DNA of 64,000 nt from contig CAWDRG010000002.1 of NCBI GenBank assembly GCA_963804645.1, positions 96,001-160,000 of the forward strand. The letters are read 5' to 3'. Position 1 is the stretch's first letter. Each line of letters begins with the position of its first letter. Under the pieces are notes generated by a model. That model had not been told where the DNA came from. It did no database searches and saw only the letters and a program-made list of their open reading frames with translations. Source of the DNA: an uncultured Bacillota bacterium (GTDB taxonomy: Bacteria; Sysuimicrobiota; Sysuimicrobiia; Sysuimicrobiales; Segetimicrobiaceae). Position numbers and translations under genes: made by a program. Positions 56,728-64,000 of this stretch are shown piece after piece.

Positions 56728-56985
56728 TCAGCCCCCCTGCATCGGGCGCACAATCTCGACGCGGTCACCCGACGCGAGCCGAACGGCCGGCCACTCGACT
56801 TTCGGGACCACGTGCTCGTTGACGGCAACCGCCACCGCCGTCTCCCGATCCACCTGCAGCGCGTCGAGCACCTCGACCAGCGTGGCACGGGCCGGCAGCG
56901 GCCGCACCTCGCCGTTGACGGCGATCCAGGCGTCGTGCGGAGGCGTCGACCCGCTCATGGAATGCGTCCCGGCTCCCCCGCTCAT
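56728..56985 (-). CDS. thiS: Sulfur carrier protein ThiS
   Basis: VNGE...AVAVNE.VV...GDRVEIV..MQGG C-terminus. Start 56985 (ATGA overlap) or 56958. Confidence 0.92.
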   Translation of the reverse strand: MSGGAGTHSMSGSTPPHDAWIAVNGEVRPLPARATLVEVLDALQVDRETAVAVAVNEHVVPKVEWPAVRLASGDRVEIVRPMQGG

Positions 56986-58247
56986 GCCGGGGCGCCCCGG
57001 TGTCCCGCGGCGGGCTCGACCGACGGACCCGGGCCGCCGGCGTGCGCGCGCGCCGCGCTCGGCCGGAACGCCGTGAGGAGGGGGCTTTCGCGCCCCTCGA
57101 CGAGCAGATCCGCCACGAGCAGGGCCGTCGCGGGCGCCAGCAGCACCCCGTGCCGGAAATGGCCCGTGGCCACGTACAGGCCGGGCACCTCGGTCTCTCC
57201 GATCAGCGGGAGATGGTCGCGGGTCGCCGGGCGGAACCCGACGTTCATCTCGACGAGTTCCAAGTCGTACGTCGCCGGCACGGCCAGGCGCGCGCGCCAC
57301 AAGAGATCCATTGCCGCGCCCGCGGTCGCGGCGGCATCGAAGCCCTGCTCTTCCATCGTCGCCCCCACCACGAGCTCGCCGCCGCGCCGCGGCACGAGAT
57401 ACGCCTCGGGGGCGCGCACGACGTGCCGCAGCAGCACCGGGCCGCGCAGACGCACGACCTGCCCTTTGACCGGGCGGACCGCGATCGGCGAGGCGGGCCA
57501 CGCGATGTCGCTGGCGCTCCACGCGCCCGCGGCCAGCACGGCACGCTCGCACCGGACGGCGAACTCGGCACCGTCCGCGATCCGGCCCGCCGTGCCGTCC
57601 GCGTCGGGGACGGCGGGTCCCTCGAAGTGTCCGCGCACCCCGACGAGCCGGCCCGCCTGGGCCTCAACGCCGCCGACGCGCGCGTGCGTGACCACGCGGC
57701 CGCCGAGTGCCCGGACGCCGCCCGCCAGCGCGCGCAGCATGGCCCGTGGGTTCACCTGGTGATCTCCGGGCGCGAAAAGCGCCGCTGTTACCCGCGGGCT
57801 GAGCAGCGGCTCGCGCTCCCTCGCCTGGTCCCCATCCAACCAGCGACACGAGAGGCCGAGCCGCGACTGGAACCCCCGCACGCGCTGGAGTTCCTCCTCG
57901 TCGTCCCGCCCGAGCGCCACGGTCAGCGTCCCGTCCGCGAGCAGCTCGCAGCCGAGGCCGCTCGCGGCCTCGACGTTCCGCACGAACTCCGGATACCGGC
58001 GCTGGCTCTCGAGACCGAGGTCCGCAAGCTCGGGGGTCTCGTACTCGGCCTCCCCGGTCACCGCGAGCATGCCAGCCGCGACGCCCGCGGCCCCCGCGCC
58101 GACACGCGACCGTTCGAGGACCAGGACGTCGACCCCGCGGCGCGCGAGCGCGAAGGCGCAGCTGAGCCCGATGATGCCCGCGCCCACCACGACCACGGCC
58201 GCCGAGGGCGGGAGCGGCTCGCGCGGCGCCGGTCCGGCCTCAGCCAC
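56982..58247 (-). CDS. thiO: Glycine oxidase
   Basis: VVGAGIIG, AAGML, PVKGQ, YLVPR, G.RP, GHFRHGVLLAP. Confidence 0.92.
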   Translation of the reverse strand: MAEAGPAPREPLPPSAAVVVVGAGIIGLSCAFALARRGVDVLVLERSRVGAGAAGVAAGMLAVTGEAEYETPELADLGLESQRRYPEFVRNVEAASGLGCELLADGTLTVALGRDDEEELQRVRGFQSRLGLSCRWLDGDQAREREPLLSPRVTAALFAPGDHQVNPRAMLRALAGGVRALGGRVVTHARVGGVEAQAGRLVGVRGHFEGPAVPDADGTAGRIADGAEFAVRCERAVLAAGAWSASDIAWPASPIAVRPVKGQVVRLRGPVLLRHVVRAPEAYLVPRRGGELVVGATMEEQGFDAAATAGAAMDLLWRARLAVPATYDLELVEMNVGFRPATRDHLPLIGETEVPGLYVATGHFRHGVLLAPATALLVADLLVEGRESPLLTAFRPSAARAHAGGPGPSVEPAAGHRGAPA

Positions 58248-59022
58248 GAGGATCCTCCCCGGCGCGGACGGCGGGCTGCGGCGCGGGGCCGCGTGCCGGG
58301 CCCGCGGGAAATGGGCGATGGGGCCGCGGCCAGCCCGCCAGCGCTCGCCGGAATTCGCGCGCCGCCTCGGCGGGATCGGGAGCGCCCAAGATCGCTCCGA
58401 CCACCGCGATGCCCGCGCACCCGGTCGCGGCCAGTGCACCGGCGCGGTCCGGCGTGATGCCGCCGACGGCCAGGACGGGCACCGCAACCCGCTCGACGAC
58501 GCGCCGCAGCGCGGCGGTGCCGCGTGGGGGCACACCCGGATGCGAGGCCGTCGCGAAGACGTGTCCGAAGGTGACGTAGTCCGCGCCGTCCCGCGCGGCC
58601 GCCGACGCGTCGCCAAGCGCGTGCACGGAGCAGCCGATGATCCGCCGCGGGCCCACGAGCGCGCGCACCACCGCGGGGGCCAGGCTCGCCGCCGCGAGGT
58701 GCACGCCGTCCGCGCCGACCGCGAGCGCCACATCGACGCGGTCGTTGATGAGGAGGCCGGCGCCGCGCTCTCGGCAGCGCGGCGCGATCTCGCGCGCCAG
58801 CGCGTAGAGGTCGGCGGCGGAAACCGTGCGGGCGCGGATCTGCACCCAGTCCACGCCGCCCTCGAGCGCGCGGGCCGCCGCGCCGACGAGATCGTGCGGG
58901 AACCGTGCCCAGTCGAGGATCAGGTGGAGCTGCGCGCGTGCCGCGGGCTCGCTCCGCGGCGTCCCGACCCCCTCTCCCCGAAGCGCCGGGTCCGCGCCTG
59001 CGCGGCCGGGGTCCACCGTCAT
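58240..59022 (-). CDS. tenI: Thiazole tautomerase TenI (ThiE paralogue)
   Basis: ThiE fold with GVHL, GCSVH, FGHVFAT.SHPG. Lacks the GQDD/T.TK of ThiE and sits between tenA and thiO. Confidence 0.78.
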   Translation of the reverse strand: MTVDPGRAGADPALRGEGVGTPRSEPAARAQLHLILDWARFPHDLVGAAARALEGGVDWVQIRARTVSAADLYALAREIAPRCRERGAGLLINDRVDVALAVGADGVHLAAASLAPAVVRALVGPRRIIGCSVHALGDASAAARDGADYVTFGHVFATASHPGVPPRGTAALRRVVERVAVPVLAVGGITPDRAGALAATGCAGIAVVGAILGAPDPAEAAREFRRALAGWPRPHRPFPAGPARGPAPQPAVRAGEDPRG

Positions 59023-59687
59023 AGCGGCCAGCCCACCATCCGCCACGCCATCTCCCAGAAGAGATACTCGTAGCGCTGGCTCGCGAGGAAGATGTCCGCG
59101 AGCGCCGCTTCCCGCGACGGCGGGACGTCCGCGCCGATCCGGTCGAGCTGTGCCGCCATCCACTGCGCCATCGCCGCGTACTCGTCGGACGTGTACATCC
59201 GGATCCAGTTGGCGTAGAGCGGCGCCTCTTCCGGCAGCCCCGACCGGCGCAGGTGCACCGCGATCTCGTAGTAGCCGTGCGCGCACGGCAGCACGGCGGC
59301 CAGGATCGCGGCGAGATCGCCGGTCTCCGCGACCAGGCGCAGATGGTTGGTGTAGGCCGCGGTGGCCTGCGCCGGCACGGTGTCCTCCAGGGCCTCCGGC
59401 GAGATGCCGGCCGCCCAGCACACCTCGCGGTGCAGGTCCATCTCGACGTTCAGGGTCGCGTTGAGCACGTCGGCGAGGCGCGAGGCGGTCGCGAGCTCGT
59501 CCGCGCGCGCCACCGCGAGCGCGAGCACCCGGCAGTACTCGATGAGGAAGAGGTAGTCCTGGCGCAGGTAGAACTGGTAGCGGTCGCCTGGCAGGGTGCC
59601 GTCGCCGAGGCCCCGCACGAACGGGTGCCCCAGGATCCGCTCCCGGGTCGGCGCGGCGGCGTCCTGCAGCCGCTCAAACAACGTCAC
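59019..59687 (-). CDS. tenA: Aminopyrimidine aminohydrolase / thiaminase II (Cys type)
   Basis: HPFV, YLRQDYLFL, E..LH, LPC, Y..WI..Y, EY.FW.M. Confidence 0.93.
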   Translation of the reverse strand: MTLFERLQDAAAPTRERILGHPFVRGLGDGTLPGDRYQFYLRQDYLFLIEYCRVLALAVARADELATASRLADVLNATLNVEMDLHREVCWAAGISPEALEDTVPAQATAAYTNHLRLVAETGDLAAILAAVLPCAHGYYEIAVHLRRSGLPEEAPLYANWIRMYTSDEYAAMAQWMAAQLDRIGADVPPSREAALADIFLASQRYEYLFWEMAWRMVGWPL

Positions 59688-60976
59688 GCGCGGTCCCCCC
59701 CGTCCGTCCCGCACCACGCCGCGATCGTCCGCGCGTAGACGCGCGCACACCGCACGAGGTCGTCGACCGCGACGTACTCGTCCACCGCGTGCGCCTGCCC
59801 GAGCGGCCCCGGACCGTACACGGCGGTGGGAATGCCGCGGGCGGCGATCCAGCCGGCGTCCGACACGCCTGCCGACATCCGGCGCCGGGGCGCGGCGCCC
59901 CAGACCGCGGCGTGCGCCGCGGAGAGCACCGCGACGCCGGGATGGTCGGCCGCGGTCTCGAACGCGGGAAACACCTCCCCGCGATCCTCGATCATCGAGC
60001 GGCCGCCCCACCGGAACGCCGGCGGGTTCGCGCGGAGCCACGGGTCGGCGTCGGCGGCCGCGCGGACGGTGCGCTCGATCTCCGCCGTTACCGCCTCCTG
60101 CGTCTCGCCCGGGTAGAAATGCACCGTCACCCACAGCGCGCACCGGTCGGCGACGAAAGCGGGGTGCCGTCCGCCCTCGATCGCGGCGGGATTGATCGTG
60201 GTCGTGCCCGGCTCGAATCCCGGATGCGACTTCGTGACCGCCCAATGACGCTCGAGGCGTTCCAGCACCTGCAGCACCGGTACCATCTTCTCGATCGCGC
60301 TCGCCCCGAACACACCGCCGCCCGCGTGGATCATGCGCCGGCGCTGCGCGTCGTGAAACGTGACGGGGCTCTGGATCGTGATCCACCCCGTGACCACGCC
60401 GCCCTGCCCGAGCGACACCTCCCCGGCGGTCGGCTCGGGCACGAGCGCGAACTCCGCCGCGGGCGAGTGGTCGAGCGCCGTCGGCGTGCCCGCCTCGCCC
60501 ATCTCCTCACCGGTCACCGTCTGCACGATCACGTCCCCGCGCGGACGGCCGAGGGTCCGCACGACGGCCTCCAGGGCCGAGAGCATACACGCGAGCCCGC
60601 CCTTCATGTCGGCGGCGCCGCGGCCCGACAGGCGGCCGTCCCGGACGACCGGGGCGAACGGCGGGGTCGTCCACCGCTCCGCGCCGCCCGTCGTGGCGAC
60701 GTCGACGTGGCCGTTGAGCAGCAGCGTGCGCCCGCCCCCCCGTCCCCGCAGCACCGCGACCACCTGCGGATCGCCCGGGTACAGCGCGACCGTCCGCACC
60801 TCCGCGCCGAGCGCCTCGAGCCGGGCGGCGACGAACGCTTGGACCGCCTCGGTGTTGCGTCCGGGCGGGCACGGGGTCTCGAAGCGGACGAGCGCCTCGG
60901 CGAGCTGCACGACCTCCCGTGCGCGGCCGTCGAGGTGGGCGTCGAGCGCCTGCGCGGCGACGTCGGTCCCGATCAC
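59684..60976 (-). CDS. ylmB: M20A deacylase, formylaminopyrimidine deformylase YlmB-like
   Basis: LNGHVD, GRG..DMKGG, GEEMGE, HDAQRRRMIHAGGG, H..DE; located between thiY and tenA. Confidence 0.85.
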   Translation of the reverse strand: MIGTDVAAQALDAHLDGRAREVVQLAEALVRFETPCPPGRNTEAVQAFVAARLEALGAEVRTVALYPGDPQVVAVLRGRGGGRTLLLNGHVDVATTGGAERWTTPPFAPVVRDGRLSGRGAADMKGGLACMLSALEAVVRTLGRPRGDVIVQTVTGEEMGEAGTPTALDHSPAAEFALVPEPTAGEVSLGQGGVVTGWITIQSPVTFHDAQRRRMIHAGGGVFGASAIEKMVPVLQVLERLERHWAVTKSHPGFEPGTTTINPAAIEGGRHPAFVADRCALWVTVHFYPGETQEAVTAEIERTVRAAADADPWLRANPPAFRWGGRSMIEDRGEVFPAFETAADHPGVAVLSAAHAAVWGAAPRRRMSAGVSDAGWIAARGIPTAVYGPGPLGQAHAVDEYVAVDDLVRCARVYARTIAAWCGTDGGDRA

Positions 60977-61947
60977 GGCAGCAGGTTCACGTAGAGGTCG
61001 TCGACCGGGACCGGCGCGGGGATGACCTTGTGCGCGGCCATCCAGTGGTCGAACGCGGTCCACCGCGCGGCGCTCTCGGTCTGGGTGCGCGCGTACGTCG
61101 GGAGCGTCGCCAGGAACGAGGCGCGGTTGAACGCGTCGTTGAGCGACGGGTTCAGGCGCACGTACTGCTGAAACGCGTCCTGCGGGTGCGCCTCGGTGAA
61201 CGCGATCCCGCGCGCCACCGCTCCGACGAATCGCCGCAGGACGGCCGGCCGGGTCGCGATCTGACGGTCGCCCGCGATCAGGACGAGTTCATAGAACGTC
61301 GGGACCCCGTACCGCTCGGGCTCGAACATCCCGACCGCCTGTCCCTGCTGTTCGATCTGGATCCGCTCGACGTTGCGGTAGGCGCCGACCACGGCGTCGA
61401 TCTTGTGCGAGAGCAGCGCCGGCACGAGGTCGAAGCCCACGTTGATCATCGTCAGGTTCGACTCCGAGGCGCCGTCGCTGCGGACGATCTGATCCAGCAG
61501 GGCGTCCTCGTACCCGTTCACGGCAAACCCGACGCGCCGACCGACCAGATCCTTCGGCGTCCGGATCCCCGAGCTCTTGAGAAACATGATCGTCGTGAGC
61601 GGCTGCCCGATGAGCACGCCGATGCTCTTCACCGGCAGGGTCTGGGCACGCGCCATGATCACGCTCGGCTCATAGTTGACGCCGACGTCCGCGCGGCCGA
61701 CAGCGACGAGCTTCAGCGGATCGTCGGCGTTCGCGGGCACCTGGAGGTTCACGTGCAGCCCCGCCTGGGTGAAGTAGCCCAGGCCGACGGCCGCGTACAG
61801 CGGCACGTGGTCAGGGTTCGGGAACCAATCCAGCATGAACGTCACCGTATCGGGCGCCGCCGCGACGGTCGCGCCCGGCGCGCACAACAGTGCGATCGCG
61901 ACCAGCGCCCCGAGCGCCGCCCCCCACCGCCGTCTCCTCTGTCTCAT
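60973..61947 (-). CDS. thiY: NMT1/THI5-like ABC substrate-binding protein (ThiY-like)
   Basis: Signal peptide, LDWFPNPDH, NVGF, GAYRN.E, P.FYEL. Confidence 0.88.
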   Translation of the reverse strand: MRQRRRRWGAALGALVAIALLCAPGATVAAAPDTVTFMLDWFPNPDHVPLYAAVGLGYFTQAGLHVNLQVPANADDPLKLVAVGRADVGVNYEPSVIMARAQTLPVKSIGVLIGQPLTTIMFLKSSGIRTPKDLVGRRVGFAVNGYEDALLDQIVRSDGASESNLTMINVGFDLVPALLSHKIDAVVGAYRNVERIQIEQQGQAVGMFEPERYGVPTFYELVLIAGDRQIATRPAVLRRFVGAVARGIAFTEAHPQDAFQQYVRLNPSLNDAFNRASFLATLPTYARTQTESAARWTAFDHWMAAHKVIPAPVPVDDLYVNLLP

Positions 61948-61970
61948 CCGTTCCCCCTTTGCATCTCGAT

Positions 61971-62816
61971 CTACCGGCTTCCCGGCCCGGCCGCGCGGCG
62001 CCACGGCAGCGCGAGCCACTCCGCGGCGGAAACCGCCACGAAGAGCCCGAGCGCCATCACGCTCAGGTAGACGATCGCGGCAAAGACCACATCCACGTGC
62101 AGCTGTGCGTTCGCGTGGATCATCGTGAATCCAAGCCCGCGCGCCGCGCCGACCCACTCGCCGATCACGGCGCCGATGACGCTCGTCGCGACCGCGATGC
62201 GCGTTCCGGAGAACACGAACGGGAGGGCGGCGGGAATCCGGATCTTCGTGAGGATCTGCCGGGGTCGGGCGCCGAGGATGCGCAGCAGGTTGACCATGTC
62301 GGGGTCGGCCGCGCGGAGCCCGTCCACCGTGTTGACGACGATCGGGAAGAACACGATCAGCGCCGCCATGACCACCTTCGAGGCCATGCCGTAGCCGAAC
62401 CATACGATCAGGAGCGGGGCGATCGCGAACACCGGGACCGTCTGGCTGGCGATGATCAGCGGGTAGACGGCGCGCTCCACCGTCCGCGACGAGAAGATCG
62501 CGAGCGCGAGGCCGATGCCGACGACGAAGGCCACCGCGAACCCGGCGAACACCTCCTGCAGCGTCACCCCGGCGTCCGCGAGCAGCATCGCGTGGTCCGC
62601 GATCACAACGCCGGCGATCCGGCTCGGGGCCGGCAGGATGTAGAACGGCACCCCGAACGCTCGCACCGCCCACTCCCACAGGGCGAGCACCACGAGCAGG
62701 AGCGCCGCGGGCGGCCCCGCCCGCCCGGCCCACCGCGTCCACCGGTCGGCCCAGCGGGCCGTGCCGGCGGGGCGTGGCTCGGCCGCGGGCAGCGCGTGGT
62801 GGTCGATGGTGCTCAT
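61971..62816 (-). CDS. thiX: ABC permease (ThiX-like)
   Basis: ILPAPS, QTVP.FAIAPL, FFP, P.ALP..FSG, GEW.G...GLG. Confidence 0.88.
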   Translation of the reverse strand: MSTIDHHALPAAEPRPAGTARWADRWTRWAGRAGPPAALLLVVLALWEWAVRAFGVPFYILPAPSRIAGVVIADHAMLLADAGVTLQEVFAGFAVAFVVGIGLALAIFSSRTVERAVYPLIIASQTVPVFAIAPLLIVWFGYGMASKVVMAALIVFFPIVVNTVDGLRAADPDMVNLLRILGARPRQILTKIRIPAALPFVFSGTRIAVATSVIGAVIGEWVGAARGLGFTMIHANAQLHVDVVFAAIVYLSVMALGLFVAVSAAEWLALPWRRAAGPGSR

Positions 62817-63598
62817 CGGGACGCCTCGAGTAGTTCCGGCTGCAGCCACGCGAGGATCTGCGCCTTGCGCTCGACCACGCCCGCGTCCGTCGGACGGCGC
62901 GGACGCTCGAGCGGTACCGCCAGTTCGGCGCGCACCCGCCCGGGGCGCGCGGTCATGACGTAGATGCGGTCGGACAGCAGCACGGCCTCCTCGACGTCGT
63001 GGGTGATGAACAGCACCGTGCGGCCGAACTCCTCCCGCAGCCGGAGGAGGTAGTCCTGCATCGTCGAGCGCGTCATCGCGTCGAGCGCGCCGAACGGCTC
63101 GTCGAGCACCAGCAGGTCCCGGCGGCACAGCAGCGTCCGCACCAGCGCCACGCGCTGGCGCATGCCGCCCGACAGCGTGGCGGGATACGCGCGCTCGAAC
63201 CCCTCGAGTCCGAACGTCCGCAGCCACCCGAGCGCCTCCTCGCGCGCCTCGGCGCGGTCGACTCCCTGCACCTCGAGCCCGAGCGCGGCGTTGTCGACCA
63301 CCGTGCGCCACGGCAGCAGGAGGTCCTTCTGCTGCATGTAGGCCACGCGGCTGCCGGTGGCCCCGAGCGGGGTCCCGTCGATCGTGACGGTCCCCTCGTC
63401 GGCGGGCACGAGGCCGGCGACGATGTTGCACACCGTGCTCTTCCCGCACCCGCTCGGGCCGAGCAGCGTCACGAACTCGTGCTCCTCGACGTGCAGCGAT
63501 ACGCCGGTCAGCGCGTCCACCGACGCGGCCCCCCTGCCCCGCGCGGCCGATGCGGGAAAACGCTTCGTGACCCGTTCGATCCGGAGTTTCGTGGTCAT
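62813..63598 (-). CDS. thiZ: ABC ATP-binding protein (ThiZ-like)
   Basis: [30 protein letters not shown]. Confidence 0.9.
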   Translation of the reverse strand: MTTKLRIERVTKRFPASAARGRGAASVDALTGVSLHVEEHEFVTLLGPSGCGKSTVCNIVAGLVPADEGTVTIDGTPLGATGSRVAYMQQKDLLLPWRTVVDNAALGLEVQGVDRAEAREEALGWLRTFGLEGFERAYPATLSGGMRQRVALVRTLLCRRDLLVLDEPFGALDAMTRSTMQDYLLRLREEFGRTVLFITHDVEEAVLLSDRIYVMTARPGRVRAELAVPLERPRRPTDAGVVERKAQILAWLQPELLEASR

Positions 63599-63631
63599 CG
63601 GGCCTCCCGTGTGCCCCGCGCGCATCCGCCG

Positions 63632-63671
63632 CGCAACGACAACGCGCCGCTCCCGGAACCGGGGCGGCGCG
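63632..63671 (-). terminator. Hairpin downstream of the TPP aptamer (expression platform)
   Basis: CGCGCCGCCCCGG-TT-CCGGGAGCGGCGCG followed by TTGTCGTT (weak U-tract). Confidence 0.5.
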
Positions 63672-63675
63672 CCTC

Positions 63676-63768
63676 ATACTCCCTCCGCTGGCATTACCCA
63701 GATCAGGTTCCGGGGTCGATGGCAGGCAGCCATCCTCTCAGCCTGGTATACCCAAGCTCCCCCACGCT
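63676..63768 (-). ncRNA. TPP riboswitch (THI element)
   Basis: Minus strand GGGGAGC...GGCUGAGAGG...GACCC.GGAACCUGAUCUGGGUAAUGCCAGCGGAGGGA, upstream of the thi operon. Confidence 0.96.
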
Positions 63769-63788
63769 ATTCAGTTGTTGGCCCATTC

Positions 63789-63816
63789 AGTATACCACAC
63801 AGCCGTGCGCCCGCAA
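63789..63816 (-). promoter_or_regulatory. Promoter of the thi operon
   Basis: TTGCGG-N16-TATACT with TGn extension, just upstream of the riboswitch. Confidence 0.6.
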
Positions 63817-64000
63817 CCGCGGCGCCGGGCCGGGCAGCGATTTCGCAAATGGACAGGGGGAAGCCAGACGCCTGCTGGTCTCGGGGCGGCATACAAGCTG
63901 TCGAACAGTCTTGCGGTAGATTCGCAGGCGGCACGAGTGCGCGAACGGGAACGGTGGGACGTGATGACGGGGGGAGGACCTGAAGAGTCCGAGTCGCGAC

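Noticed and set aside
58240..59022. Second true thiE
   Set aside because: It lacks the ThiE GQDD and T.TK motifs and has TenI-like SVH/GHVF motifs in the tenA-tenI-thiO order.

Overview
High-GC bacterial chromosomal segment, probably from a diderm lineage with Terrabacteria-type features. An autotransporter beta-barrel sits beside a Gram-positive-type LexA box and a Firmicutes/Actinobacteria-like rpmB-recG-rsmD-coaD-yceD-rpmF-plsX-fab-rnc order; an Armatimonadota/CSP1-3-like host is only an inference. Left 25 kb: the 5' part of an SOS-boxed YprA/MrfA-like helicase, then a giant (~5,300 aa when rejoined) PATR-rich autotransporter broken by three single-base insertions and built of four tandem cap-repeat-autochaperone super-modules. 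A c-di-GMP-I riboswitch and terminator lie upstream of it. Nearby are an orphan CoxL/XDH-like subunit, a CBS-GGDEF diguanylate cyclase, ChrA, a fasciclin protein and an orphan type IV pilin with a repeated upstream motif. Middle: an SDR, a secreted protein, a MacB/Lol-like ABC operon with an apparently split permease whose N-half is fused to a CrtC/AttH-like domain, a dipeptidase, a GT-C glycosyltransferase, an ISL3 element (8-bp TSD) inserted in an ICMT-family gene, and a Dpp-type SBP/permease/MetX-like operon with a possible Cys leader peptide. Right: housekeeping fab/rnc/recG genes, hslO, and a TPP-riboswitch-controlled 12-gene thiamine salvage and thiazole synthesis operon. All calls come from reading the sequence by eye; no searches were run.
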